Shown here one piece after another: positions 1-9,372 of a stretch of 64,000 bases of DNA. Position 1 is the first letter of the stretch. The number at the start of each line of letters is the position of its first letter. A model generated the notes under the pieces. The model was not told where the DNA came from, made no database searches, and saw only the letters and a program-made list of their open reading frames with translations. Source of the stretch: Spirochaetia bacterium (lineage in GTDB: Bacteria > Spirochaetota > Spirochaetia > DSM-2461); NCBI GenBank assembly GCA_963668315.1, contig OY764216.1, positions 5,184,001-5,248,000 of the forward strand. The letters are read 5' to 3'. The position numbers and the translations under genes are program-made.

Positions 1-947
1 CCCCTGCTGATCAGCTCAGCGACGAGAAGAGAGCTGCCGCCTATCAGTCCGTAGTAGAGGGGCGTTTCGTGAAGCATCCTCCCCCCGTTCAGGTCGGCCC
101 CTCCGTCCATCAGGATTTCGGCGTTTCTTTCCCGCCCGTAGTAAAGAGCCACGGCCAGAGGAGTTAGACCGGATTTGTCACGGAGATCGGGGTCGGCCCC
201 CTGATCTACCAGAAGTTCGGTCATATAGGGAGTCTCAAGGGAAGAAGCCGCCATGAGAGGCGTGATCCCCTGACTGTCGGGAGAATCGGGATTCATACCC
301 TGGAGAAGCATCATCCGCACCCGGGAATACTCCCCCGTCTCTATCCCTTCGAAAAGGGGATAGGCCGGAGCCCCCTTGTCCAGAATATTCAAAGCTTCCC
401 GCAGATCTATTTTGCTTTTATAGATATCCTGCACGAGGGGAAGAGCCCCGGGAATGTCACCATAAAGATCGGCCCCCCACTCAAGAAGCAGATCGGCCGC
501 GGCAAAACGGCAGGCGCCTACGGCCAGGGCAAGGGGAGAAAGCCCCTCCCCGTTGAATACTTCCACCCGGGCGCCCCTTTCAAGAAGAAGGCGCACCATT
601 TTCACGTTTCCCCCGTAGGAAGCCACCATCAGGGGGGTCCACTCCTCCTTGTCGCGGGCCTCCGTATCGGCACCGTAATCAAGCAGCTGTACAGCCAGGT
701 AATCCATTCCGTTTTCCAGAACGAATGTCAGCGGCGTTCGTCCCAGGGAATCGAGAGTTCTGTTCCCCAGGGAAGCGTCAAACTCTTCCTCGCCCTGCTT
801 ATCAAGAAGCCGCGGATAGCGGTCCAGTATCTTTTCCGCGGCCTGCCAGTTCTGATTCAAGAGGGCGGTAAACAGGTCAATCTCTGCCGAGGCAAAGAGT
901 AAGGGAGGAAATATAAACATTATTAGAGCCGGGATAATTCTTTTCAT
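1..947 (-). CDS. Secreted ankyrin-repeat protein (3' end runs off the window; absent from the ORF track)
   Basis: Manual translation from ATG 947: MKRIIPALIMFIFPPLLFASAEID... (signal peptide), then ankyrin units LGRTPLTFVLENG, EEWTPLMVASYGGNVKMVRLLLEKGA and GLSPLALAV. Confidence 0.85.
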   Translation of the reverse strand, partial: MKRIIPALIMFIFPPLLFASAEIDLFTALLNQNWQAAEKILDRYPRLLDKQGEEEFDASLGNRTLDSLGRTPLTFVLENGMDYLAVQLLDYGADTEARDKEEWTPLMVASYGGNVKMVRLLLERGARVEVFNGEGLSPLALAVGACRFAAADLLLEWGADLYGDIPGALPLVQDIYKSKIDLREALNILDKGAPAYPLFEGIETGEYSRVRMMLLQGMNPDSPDSQGITPLMAASSLETPYMTELLVDQGADPDLRDKSGLTPLAVALYYGRERNAEILMDGGADLNGGRMLHETPLYYGLIGGSSLLVAELISR

Positions 948-1035
948 AGCCTTTCTGTTCAAGTATCGGCATCTTCCCCCATAGGGTCAAGTTCTGATAC
1001 AATTATGACACTAAGAAAGAATCGGAGGAAGAGAG

Positions 1036-2061
1036 ATGAAGTTGGATATTAGCCCTTTCGGAACGCTTGGTGATGAAAAGATCACCCGCTATGATTTTAC
1101 CACCGCCAAGGGTATTGTGTTTTCGGTAATAAACTACGGCGCCACCTTGATTAATGTGCAGATGCCCGATAAAAACGGGAATAACCTGCCGGTCGTGACA
1201 GGTTACGATACCCTCGAAGCCTACCGAAGCAGCCCCGGTTATTTCGGAGCCACCATAGGACGGGTGGGCAACAGAATAGCAAACGCCTCCTTTACGGTTG
1301 ACGGGACGGAATATAAACTGGAAGCGAACAACGGAACAAATAATCTTCACGGGGGACCGGTCGGATTTGACAGCGTCCGCTGGGAGGATGAAGTATTCTC
1401 ATCGGACAGTGAGGGGGGGGTCCGTTTTTCCTATACCAGTCCCGACGGAGAGTGCGGCTTTCCCGGAACCCTGAAAACGACCGTAACCTATACCTTTTCC
1501 GAAGAGGGAGAGATGAGGATAGACTACCGGGCGGAAACGGACAAAACCACACCGGTGAATCTGACCAATCATACCTACTGGAACCTTGCCGGACTGGGAA
1601 CGGGAGAAACCATCCTTGACCAGGAAATGATCCTCCACGCCTCCTCTTACAATCCCGTTGATGAAAGACTGATTCCCACGGGGATCGATCCGGTGGAAGG
1701 AACCTGCATGGACTTCAGGGAAAGGAGAATAATCGGACGGAAGGATATGCCCGCCGACGGCTATGACCACAACTGGGTGATCGACGGAAAGGGCCTGCGC
1801 GAAGCGGCGGTTCTTGTTCATCCCGGTTCGGGTCGCAAACTTACAGTGCTCACCGACCAGCCGGGCATGCAGGTTTACACATCGGGCTCCGTGGGCAAAG
1901 CGGCGGAAAGGACGGGGGAAACTTACAAGTTCATGGCCGTGGCCCTGGAAACCCAGAACTTTCCCAACAGCGTGAACGAGCCGGACTTTCCCGACTGTCT
2001 TCTTAAGCCCGGCGATGTATATGAGACATCAACGGTATTCAAGCTGGAACTGAACGCTTAA
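1036..2061 (+). CDS. galM: Aldose 1-epimerase (galactose mutarotase)
   Basis: Motifs YFGATIGRVGNRI, NLHGG, NLTNHTYWNL, GYDHN, ALETQNFP; RBS GGAGG upstream. Confidence 0.93.
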   Translation: MKLDISPFGTLGDEKITRYDFTTAKGIVFSVINYGATLINVQMPDKNGNNLPVVTGYDTLEAYRSSPGYFGATIGRVGNRIANASFTVDGTEYKLEANNGTNNLHGGPVGFDSVRWEDEVFSSDSEGGVRFSYTSPDGECGFPGTLKTTVTYTFSEEGEMRIDYRAETDKTTPVNLTNHTYWNLAGLGTGETILDQEMILHASSYNPVDERLIPTGIDPVEGTCMDFRERRIIGRKDMPADGYDHNWVIDGKGLREAAVLVHPGSGRKLTVLTDQPGMQVYTSGSVGKAAERTGETYKFMAVALETQNFPNSVNEPDFPDCLLKPGDVYETSTVFKLELNA

Positions 2062-2318
2062 AGAGAAACGCCCTCTTCCGCGAGAAGCTTTCTCTGCAAA
2101 TTCCCTCCCTGCTCATCGGGGAGGGAGATTTTCGGCCCTTTTCCGACAACACGGTGCCAGGGAAGATGGTACTTTTCGGTGCAGCTGTGAAGAATACGGG
2201 AAACCTGTCGGGCCCCCCGGGGAAAACCGGCCTCCCGGGCCACCTCTCCGTAGGTCATAATCTCGCCGGGCGGTATGGACTGAATAATCCTAATGACCCG
2301 TTCTGTCATCTCCGTCAT
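2058..2318 (-). CDS. Alkyltransferase-like (ATL) MGMT-family DNA-binding protein
   Basis: IPPGEIMTYGEVA..GARQV and PWHRVV; Trp replaces the catalytic Cys of PCHRV. Confidence 0.85.
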   Translation of the reverse strand: MTEMTERVIRIIQSIPPGEIMTYGEVAREAGFPRGARQVSRILHSCTEKYHLPWHRVVGKGPKISLPDEQGGNLQRKLLAEEGVSL

Positions 2319-3958
2319 GGGGTTTTCTCCTCAGCCGGTGATACCGGTTGGATCTCGGGCGGGCGGGAGGGATCAAATCCCTTATCCAGAATCACATCGC
2401 CCTGGCGGTAAAGAATAGTGGAGGGAACTCCTTTCCCCCCGGCGTTTCCCGTGTATTCCAGAAATCCGAAGGTGATATGCACGCCCCCGTAAATACGGTC
2501 CTGAGCCGCCAGTATGGAGCGGGAGCGCCATCCCATGGATCTTCCCATCTCATGACTGCGGGCCGTCATCTCCTGTATTTCGCCGTTCAGCTTCTCCGCT
2601 TCTCCCTGCAGTTGGGTTTCGGCCTGCTGGAGCTTCTCCTTCTGTTCGCCGTTTCCCTTTTTCAAAAGACCGATTTTCCTGTCCAGTTCGTTCAGGTTCA
2701 GCCTTTTGGCTTCCAGATTCGTCAGAAGCTTCCGGTACGCATCCAGATCATCAGGATCAATCCCCATGATGACGGAAGTCGCCGGCTCATAAATGCCGCC
2801 CAGCTTTCGGCAGAGCAGTGATCCCCGGACGACGGCCGTGCCTCCCAGGAGTTCCGCCCGGCCCCCGGATAAAAGAAGATTCCCCTTGACCATGAGAGAG
2901 CAGTGCATCAGGGCTTCCTTGATGATGAGATCGCCCCCGGTGAAAAGGGAGGAACTCTCGCCGTATCTCGCCATCAGGGAACCGCCTGCCCGCACTTCGG
3001 CATCGTTATCGCCGTTGATCCCCTGCTTGAGAATAATATTCCTTCCCGCCGTTAGGGTGACGCGGCCTACGCACTTTTCCACCTCAAGATCCCCTCCGGC
3101 GGTGACGGAGAAACCGTCGGCCACGGTACCCTTGACCACGACCGAACCGCTGAAGGAGATATTACCCGTCTCATAATCCACATTCTGAACAGTGACAACC
3201 GGCTCTACGATAATCACATTCCCCTCGAGACGGGCATTCCCGTCCTGCAGAGCCAGAATGCGGCCCTCTTCCCGTGTACACCCTTCTCCGGCGTTTAGAG
3301 TCTCCCCTCCATCGGCAGGATCGGCAGACAGCACTTCCCCGGTGACTTTATAGCCGTTTACAGGGGGCTGTTCCGGCTGGAGATCGGCCAGGATATCACC
3401 CTCTTTTCTGTTCTGGATATAATTCAGTTCTCTCAGATCGATACGGCCGTACAGAAGCTCCCGGTAGGGAACGTGTTCCGTGACAAAGTGATATCTGACA
3501 CGGCTTCCCTTTCCATGGACGGGAAAAGCCCCGGAGGCGATTTTCACCTTTCGCCCGTATATTCTGCTGTCTACAAATTTCCTGACCCCGCCCTCATCAA
3601 TCCCCCGGGAGACGCCTTTTTCCTTAAGGGCGGCATATACCATCTCGTCGGTGATCTCTTCTCCGCCGGGCCTCGGCTGAAAAGCCGTCAGATAGGCGCT
3701 CATTCCGTCGGGAGCTATTTCTACGGAACAGCTTGTGGAAAGGGCTTCGCCACCGGGCCAGGGGCCCAGTTCCGCGGGAACTCCCTCTTCCGCCTGGATG
3801 ATCTCTTCGATCAGATTTGCCCTGACGGGAGGAACTCGGAGAATTTTCATGCGGGCCTGGACCTCATCGGAGTAGACCTTTCGGTCCCCCTCTTCCCGGG
3901 GGAAAACGGTTAGCCAGGCGCTTCCTTTGCTGTAGGATAGAGAAAAGCCCTTAATCAT
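2315..3958 (-). CDS. FapA/DUF342 family protein
   Basis: GRIDLRELNYIQN, NVDYETGNISFSGSVVVKG, beta-helix repeats and a C-terminal coiled coil. Confidence 0.85.
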   Translation of the reverse strand: MIKGFSLSYSKGSAWLTVFPREEGDRKVYSDEVQARMKILRVPPVRANLIEEIIQAEEGVPAELGPWPGGEALSTSCSVEIAPDGMSAYLTAFQPRPGGEEITDEMVYAALKEKGVSRGIDEGGVRKFVDSRIYGRKVKIASGAFPVHGKGSRVRYHFVTEHVPYRELLYGRIDLRELNYIQNRKEGDILADLQPEQPPVNGYKVTGEVLSADPADGGETLNAGEGCTREEGRILALQDGNARLEGNVIIVEPVVTVQNVDYETGNISFSGSVVVKGTVADGFSVTAGGDLEVEKCVGRVTLTAGRNIILKQGINGDNDAEVRAGGSLMARYGESSSLFTGGDLIIKEALMHCSLMVKGNLLLSGGRAELLGGTAVVRGSLLCRKLGGIYEPATSVIMGIDPDDLDAYRKLLTNLEAKRLNLNELDRKIGLLKKGNGEQKEKLQQAETQLQGEAEKLNGEIQEMTARSHEMGRSMGWRSRSILAAQDRIYGGVHITFGFLEYTGNAGGKGVPSTILYRQGDVILDKGFDPSRPPEIQPVSPAEEKTP

Positions 3959-4009
3959 AGGCCTACTCTACCCCATTTGACAGGAGAAGACAAGTTTCTC
4001 CCGGGAAGA

Positions 4010-4633
4010 TTAAATATTCAAAGGAGCCAGATTCTCCTCGATAAGCGCGCCGAACCCATTGCGGAAATTCGCCGCCGCCCCATCGTCGATATCCAGCCTG
4101 TCCCCTTTCAGATGTTCGATATAAGAGGCGGCTCCCCCTTCGCGATATCCGGTCTGAAGAAGGGGAGTCAGGTCACTGTCAAGAAGAAGGAGCGTGGGAA
4201 AGCCCTGGATGCCCAGCGCCTGCTGAAGGATCTGGTTCTGCTCGACCACCCTGTCCTCCTGAACAATGGAAGAGGGAAAATCCAGAAAAACCATCACCAG
4301 ATTCTCATCGGCCCAGGAAAGGAATTCCGGCTGGGAGAACACCTCACCGGTCAGTTTCTGACACCAGATGCACCAGTCGGAACCGGTAAAATTCAGCAGA
4401 ATCATCTTCCCCGAAGCTTCCGCTTCGGCGGCGGCCTGCTCCATGCTTATGGTCCAGCCGTTGGGAGGATAGGCATTCTTATCGTAAACAGTCCCGCCGG
4501 CAGTCTCCGCAGTGACCTGAGAAGTCCCCTTGGCTGTTCCGCCCTCTTCATTGCCGTTGGCGAAGAGAAGGAAACCGGTTCCCGCTGCCAGAACAAGCGA
4601 AAGCAATATTATTAAAACTCTTTTTCCCGTCAT
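4010..4633 (-). CDS. Exported thioredoxin-family thiol-disulfide oxidoreductase
   Basis: N-terminal hydrophobic segment, FTGSDWCIWC (CxxC) and GFPT cis-Pro loop; start placed at MTGKR after RBS CAGGAG. Confidence 0.8.
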   Translation of the reverse strand: MTGKRVLIILLSLVLAAGTGFLLFANGNEEGGTAKGTSQVTAETAGGTVYDKNAYPPNGWTISMEQAAAEAEASGKMILLNFTGSDWCIWCQKLTGEVFSQPEFLSWADENLVMVFLDFPSSIVQEDRVVEQNQILQQALGIQGFPTLLLLDSDLTPLLQTGYREGGAASYIEHLKGDRLDIDDGAAANFRNGFGALIEENLAPLNI

Positions 4634-4736
4634 GATTGTCTCCTGAAGTAACATATACTTATTTGAATATATCCTTTTTGTCGGGAGAAGTCAATTTTTC
4701 GGGGAAAAAGATTTATTACGGTTTTGTCAGGTTCTT

Positions 4737-4777
4737 AAAAAAAAATACAGGAAATTGGAAGGCAAACAATTCCTGTA
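4737..4777 (-). terminator. Rho-independent terminator of the AT-rich lipoprotein gene
   Basis: TACAGGAATTG...CAATTTCCTGTA stem followed by a long T run on the minus strand. Confidence 0.75.
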
Positions 4778-4786
4778 ATTGATTTC

Positions 4787-5515
4787 TTAGTATTTTCTAA
4801 CCTCATCGGGATTAGAAAATTCAACAGAACTCTCCATAATTCCACCAATAGAACGCATAGTGACAGGGCTGGTAATTCTTATTCTTACGTCAACGGGTGT
4901 ATTGGGAAAAGATTCATACGATGAACTTCCAACGCTTGCGACAACACCAACATAACCGGAGTTGAAGACTGTACCGGAATCTTCTATAGTATACCCATAC
5001 TGGGAATCATTAAAAACAATCCAAAACTTATTATCGGTAGTAGAATCCTCCCATATCTGTACCTTGTTTTCAACCCCATACCCCTTATTGAAGTTGATAT
5101 TGCTTCCCATAAGGGTCCAATCTTTTAACGTGGTTGTATTACCGTTAACTTTTTTATAAACATATATATAACCATCAGCAGTAACATTCATTCGATAATA
5201 GTTATCACTACTGGTATTCTGCTTTCCAAATATCAAGCCATAACCATAATCGACATTACCACTATTCTTTTTTATATAAGCAGTCAAACTTGTTGTTTGT
5301 AAATCATAATAAGCTGAGGTATCCCAACAAGAATTACTAGTCGATAGATATTGAACATCATTTGTGTAAAACTCTAAATTTGTACCATCCGATTCCCAAT
5401 TAATCGTTTGCACAGGTAAATCAGAGCTGGATGAAGCCCCTGGACAGGAAACAAGAAAACCTGTTAGAAAGCACGCAAAAAGAAAACAAACAGATAACTT
5501 AAGAAACTTTTTCAT
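4787..5515 (-). CDS. AT-rich hypothetical lipoprotein, beta-rich (possibly ConA/lectin-like fold)
   Basis: MKKFLK..GFLVSC lipobox, RBS AAGGAG; rich in Y/N/S/T; visibly lower GC than its neighbours. Confidence 0.7.
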   Translation of the reverse strand: MKKFLKLSVCFLFACFLTGFLVSCPGASSSSDLPVQTINWESDGTNLEFYTNDVQYLSTSNSCWDTSAYYDLQTTSLTAYIKKNSGNVDYGYGLIFGKQNTSSDNYYRMNVTADGYIYVYKKVNGNTTTLKDWTLMGSNINFNKGYGVENKVQIWEDSTTDNKFWIVFNDSQYGYTIEDSGTVFNSGYVGVVASVGSSSYESFPNTPVDVRIRITSPVTMRSIGGIMESSVEFSNPDEVRKY

Positions 5516-5558
5516 AATCTCTCCTTTTGTATATAATTACATGAACAGTCTATCACGG

Positions 5559-5594
5559 ATTCACATAAAAGACACATGTTATTCACACAAAAGA
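5559..5594 (-). promoter_or_regulatory. Tandem direct repeat (22-bp period), candidate regulator site
   Basis: ATTCACATAAAAGA (5559-5572) and ATTCACACAAAAGA (5581-5594), 13/14 identical. Confidence 0.6.
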
Positions 5595-5619
5595 GGATTT
5601 TTTGATTACTATTATCGGA

Positions 5620-6186
5620 CTATAACTCCCCCCGAATCCGAACATACTCCTGTTCAAAGTTCGGGGTGAGGATATTTTTGCCCAGGGCTTCTTCGATTTC
5701 TTCGAGTGACCAGAACCGTCCTTCCTCGATCTCTTCGGGATCGAAATGGATCTCCCCTTTCCAGACGGCTGTAAAAGAGTGGACCAGTTCGCTCTCCTGT
5801 TCCGATTCCCAGACGTAATTCACCAGCGGCCGGGGCGTAAAACCCTCTATTCCCAGCTCTTCCCGGGTTTCCCTGATCAGGGCATCTTCTATCCTTTCTC
5901 CCGAGTCCACATGGCCTCCTACGGAGGTGTCCCATTTTCCCGGCTGGATTTTCTTTATACGGGAACGTTTCTGAAGATAAAGGCGGCCTTCCCCGTCGGT
6001 GACATGAAGATGGACCACGGGATGGAGAAGCCCTGGCCCCCTGTGGCAGACCGTTCGGGGCGCCTGGGTCAGGACTTCCCCGGAAGGAGAGACGATATCA
6101 AACCATTCATCACCGGCGAATTGTTTCTTTCTGTATCTTAGAAGCGCCCGGGCGCCCATCAGCCTTATCGGTTTAATTCCTTCCAC
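5620..6186 (-). CDS. NUDIX hydrolase (Idi/YfcD-like)
   Basis: LQKRS..K...PGKWD..VGGHV..GE....ALIRETREELG Nudix box. Confidence 0.88.
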   Translation of the reverse strand: MEGIKPIRLMGARALLRYRKKQFAGDEWFDIVSPSGEVLTQAPRTVCHRGPGLLHPVVHLHVTDGEGRLYLQKRSRIKKIQPGKWDTSVGGHVDSGERIEDALIRETREELGIEGFTPRPLVNYVWESEQESELVHSFTAVWKGEIHFDPEEIEEGRFWSLEEIEEALGKNILTPNFEQEYVRIRGEL

Positions 6187-7469
6187 AGTTCTTCCCCGTC
6201 CCTCTCAATTCGGTATAATTCCAGACTGTCATCCTTGAAGTCGGTAAAGGCAAGGTAGCCCGAATCGGGACTTACATCAAGACCGGTAGGCTGATCCCGT
6301 CCCCAGATCCATCCCATGACTTCCTGCTTCTCCAGATCGATGATGTACACTTTTCCGAACTCATGCCCTTCGATCAGATAGGAGACCGGATTATTGGGGC
6401 CCCGGCAGGAGACGAAAAGATAGCGCCCGTCGGGAGACATCTGGGCGGTGTTGGGTTTCTGGCCGACCCGATAGATCCGTTTGACCGCGCCGGTTCTGTC
6501 CGACAGGGCATAGACCAGTCCCAGCTGCATATTGGTCACATAGAAAAGGCCCCTTCTGCCGTCGGGAACCAGATGGCGCATAGCCCCCGAATGGGCGCTG
6601 TAAGTGCGGGTCGTCACTTCGCCCGTAGCCAGATCGACATAATCGATGGCATTGGCGGAGAAAATCGTCACCAGCAATGTCTCCCCGTCGGGCGAGAGGC
6701 TGAGTCCCCGGGGGATGCCGCTCACGGGAAAGATTCTAAGGACGGCACGGGTTTCCCCATCAATTTCGCTGACCGTTTCCGATTCCCAGTTGGAGATATA
6801 GACCCGCGATTCATCCCGGGAGGGGAGAAGCACTTTGGACCATTCGCCTCCCGTATCGTAACTGCCCAGATACCGCCAGTCTCCTATGGAATAGACATGG
6901 AAGAATCCGTTGCTCATCTGGGAAAACCAGACCTCTCCCCTCCCGGGAAGCCAGCAGGACTCGACGAAACCCGTACGGCGGGCCATGGGCTCGGGGGGAA
7001 TCAGATCGATCAGATGGGCGAAGGGCCGGGCCGTATAGATTTGAAGTCCCTGTCCGCTTCCCAGGGACGCCACGGCGAGGTAGCGGCCGTCGGGAGAGTA
7101 AGTTACGCTTTTGGGCTGTTTGGCTGTGGGGAGTTCTGCCAGGGGATAGAGGGGCAGATCGGGTTTTTCCAGCTTTCCTTCAATCAGCTCACCCGGTCCG
7201 TCCGCCCAGAGAGGATAATCCTCCGAAAGATACCCCTCGGCGGCAAGGGACAGGTGGTGCAGTCCTTCCCTGACATAAAATGTTCGGTATTCCCCGTCCT
7301 CCTCCGTCTCATCCGGTTCAACGGGAATGCCGTCAAGAAAAACCTGGGAATCCAGAGGAAAATGGCGCAGGGTGATGGGAACGAAACCGGTCTGGGCGGA
7401 CAGGGTCAGCATAAAACAGACGTTGAGGAGGATGAAAAATAGTACTTTTCCGATGATCCTTTCTCCCAT
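6165..7469 (-). CDS. Exported YVTN/YncE-type beta-propeller protein with an N-terminal PEGA-like domain
   Basis: Repeated P.g...SPDG..l.v blades; signal peptide from MGERIIGK (7469). Confidence 0.8.
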   Translation of the reverse strand: MGERIIGKVLFFILLNVCFMLTLSAQTGFVPITLRHFPLDSQVFLDGIPVEPDETEEDGEYRTFYVREGLHHLSLAAEGYLSEDYPLWADGPGELIEGKLEKPDLPLYPLAELPTAKQPKSVTYSPDGRYLAVASLGSGQGLQIYTARPFAHLIDLIPPEPMARRTGFVESCWLPGRGEVWFSQMSNGFFHVYSIGDWRYLGSYDTGGEWSKVLLPSRDESRVYISNWESETVSEIDGETRAVLRIFPVSGIPRGLSLSPDGETLLVTIFSANAIDYVDLATGEVTTRTYSAHSGAMRHLVPDGRRGLFYVTNMQLGLVYALSDRTGAVKRIYRVGQKPNTAQMSPDGRYLFVSCRGPNNPVSYLIEGHEFGKVYIIDLEKQEVMGWIWGRDQPTGLDVSPDSGYLAFTDFKDDSLELYRIERDGEELWKELNR

Positions 7470-7504
7470 GGAAATATTATAGCCAGAAACAGGAAAAAAA
7501 ATCC

Positions 7505-7527
7505 AACCCCAAACGACCTTTTGCGAA
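7505..7527 (+). promoter_or_regulatory. Putative ECF-type autoregulatory promoter (AAC-N16-CGAA)
   Basis: AAC at 7505-7507 and CGAA at 7524-7527, just upstream of the ECF sigma start. Confidence 0.45.
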
Positions 7528-7539
7528 TAATATAAGTGT

Positions 7540-8112
7540 ATGGATCGTATCGGAAGCCTCTGGTCGGAGTGGAATGCCGGCGCCGGGAGAAATAAAAAAA
7601 GACTTAAGGAGAATCTCATAAGGGAAATTTGGTGCCACTACCATCCCCGGCTGCAGGTGTTCCTTTCATCCCTTCCCGGAGAGGAGCGGGAAGACCGGGT
7701 GTCGGAGATTCTGCTTAAAGTGTTCGAATCGCTGGAGAAATATAATCCGGAGTACGCCTTTTCCACCTGGCTCTACCGGATTGCCCGGAACGATCAGATT
7801 GACCGGTACCGCAGGAAGTCGCCCCGGCTGGTGGAGTGGCAGGAAGAGATTCATTCGCCGGAAGAAGAAAGGGACACGCCGGAGAAAATTGTTCTGCACG
7901 AGACGGAAAAGGAGCTTATCCGCGAAGCGATAGAAACGCTCAGAGCCGATGACAGGGAGCTTCTCTACCTGGCAGGATACGAAGAGCTTCCCTACAGGGA
8001 GATATCCCAAATCATCGGACGGCCGGTGGGCACGATCAAATACGAGATGCATCGCATAAGAAAAGAGTTAAAAAGCATACTGAAGGAGGACTTTTGCTAT
8101 GAAGCGGAATGA
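7540..8112 (+). CDS. ECF-family RNA polymerase sigma factor
   Basis: Region 2 FSTWLYRIARN; region 4 LPYREISQIIGRPVGTIK. Confidence 0.92.
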   Translation: MDRIGSLWSEWNAGAGRNKKRLKENLIREIWCHYHPRLQVFLSSLPGEEREDRVSEILLKVFESLEKYNPEYAFSTWLYRIARNDQIDRYRRKSPRLVEWQEEIHSPEEERDTPEKIVLHETEKELIREAIETLRADDRELLYLAGYEELPYREISQIIGRPVGTIKYEMHRIRKELKSILKEDFCYEAE

Positions 8113-8410
8113 TCCCGTGAAAGAGTATTTTGCCGGGGAAGTGGAGCGGATGAACACACCGTCCCTGCCGGAGAAATACAGAGAAAGGAAAAACGGCAGG
8201 CGCTGGAAGGACGACCTGGGGACCCTGGCCGCCGTGGCCGCCGTATTCGTTCTGATTCTCATTCCCGGAAACTATGAGACACCGATAAGGAAGGCCCATA
8301 TGAGCCGGGAATGCTATGAGGAGCTGCAGAACGCTATCCCCGAGATTGTCTATAACGCGGCTCTTTACCTTCAGACACAGGCAAAAAACAACGAAAAGGA
8401 GATATTATGA
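8099..8410 (+). CDS. Small single-TM protein, probable anti-sigma factor
   Basis: Overlaps the sigma stop; one central TM (LGTLAAVAAVFVLILIP). Confidence 0.6.
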   Translation: MKRNDPVKEYFAGEVERMNTPSLPEKYRERKNGRRWKDDLGTLAAVAAVFVLILIPGNYETPIRKAHMSRECYEELQNAIPEIVYNAALYLQTQAKNNEKEIL

Positions 8411-8853
8411 AAGTACGATTTTTTATGGGGATAGGGGTAACCCTTCTCCTCTTTGCCGCGGGGATATTGCTGGCGGGGAATCCCATTGGAATATTTGTTG
8501 ATCCCGCTTCCCTGTTATTTGCCCTTTTTGTTCCCCATATCCTCATATCCTTTACGATTCCCCTCTCCCGGCAGAGGCAGATTATTCATGGACTTTTATC
8601 AAATGAAAGGATGGAGAGAACCCTGCAGGCTCAGGGGGTTATCTATCTAAACTCCCTGAAAAGGATGGTTATCTGCTGCACGATCGGGACAATCATACTG
8701 GGAATGATCGGTATACTGGCCAACCTGGAAGATATGGCCTCGGTGGGGCCTAATATGGCGGTCTGCCTTATCGTCTCCTTCTATGCCGCCGTCTATATTC
8801 TGGCCGTAATCGAACCGCTCAGGCTGGCGGCGGATGCTAAGGAGATATTATGA
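8407..8853 (+). CDS. Mini MotA/TolQ/ExbB-like 4-TM membrane protein, copy 1
   Basis: GNPIGIFVDPASLL and GMIGILANLEDMASVGPNMAVCLIVSFYA..EPL resemble MotA TM1-2 and TM3-4. Confidence 0.7.
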   Translation: MKVRFFMGIGVTLLLFAAGILLAGNPIGIFVDPASLLFALFVPHILISFTIPLSRQRQIIHGLLSNERMERTLQAQGVIYLNSLKRMVICCTIGTIILGMIGILANLEDMASVGPNMAVCLIVSFYAAVYILAVIEPLRLAADAKEIL

Positions 8854-9305
8854 AAATACGTTTTTTTGTGGCCATTCTAGTTATCCTTCTCTTTTTTTCC
8901 GCGGGAATAATCATGGCGGGGAATCCTCTGTACCTCTATGCAGATCTGTTATCCCTGATATTCGCCCTATTCATTCCCCATATTATCCTATCCTTCAGGA
9001 CACCCCTGTCGGCTCAGAGAGAGCTTTTCGGTGAGATTTTATCGGCCCATCCCTCTTCGGCCGACACTCTCCAAAAAAGCCTCTCCTTTCTTCGTTCACT
9101 GAAAACAATGGTTATAAGCTGTTCCCTGGCCACATTTCTGTCGGGGGTCATAGGTATGATGGCGAATTTAGAATATATAGCTGACTTAGGCCCGAATACA
9201 GCCGTCTGCCTCATCGCCGCCTTCTATGCCGCCCTTTATATCCTGGCCGTTATCGAGCCGCTTCGCCTGGCGGCGGAGATGAAAATGACGGAACTTGAAA
9301 AATAA
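8850..9305 (+). CDS. Mini MotA/TolQ/ExbB-like 4-TM membrane protein, copy 2 (paralogue)
   Basis: Colinear with copy 1 (GVIGMMANLEYIADLGPNTAVCLIAAFYAALYILAVIEPLRLAA); ATGA overlap. Confidence 0.7.
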   Translation: MKIRFFVAILVILLFFSAGIIMAGNPLYLYADLLSLIFALFIPHIILSFRTPLSAQRELFGEILSAHPSSADTLQKSLSFLRSLKTMVISCSLATFLSGVIGMMANLEYIADLGPNTAVCLIAAFYAALYILAVIEPLRLAAEMKMTELEK

Positions 9306-9372
9306 AATCATGGGAGACTTTGAATAATTGAGCGTTTTCCTCTAACATAGCTTTCTGAGGAGAATAACAACT

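Noticed and set aside
1412..1419. Homopolymer G/C tracts (also near 19380-19388) as phase-variation switches
   Set aside because: They are short, in-frame Gly codon runs in intact housekeeping genes
8407..9305. Zorya anti-phage system or a flagellar motAB locus
   Set aside because: There is no ZorB/MotB, no ZorA tail and no effector or flagellar operon next to it
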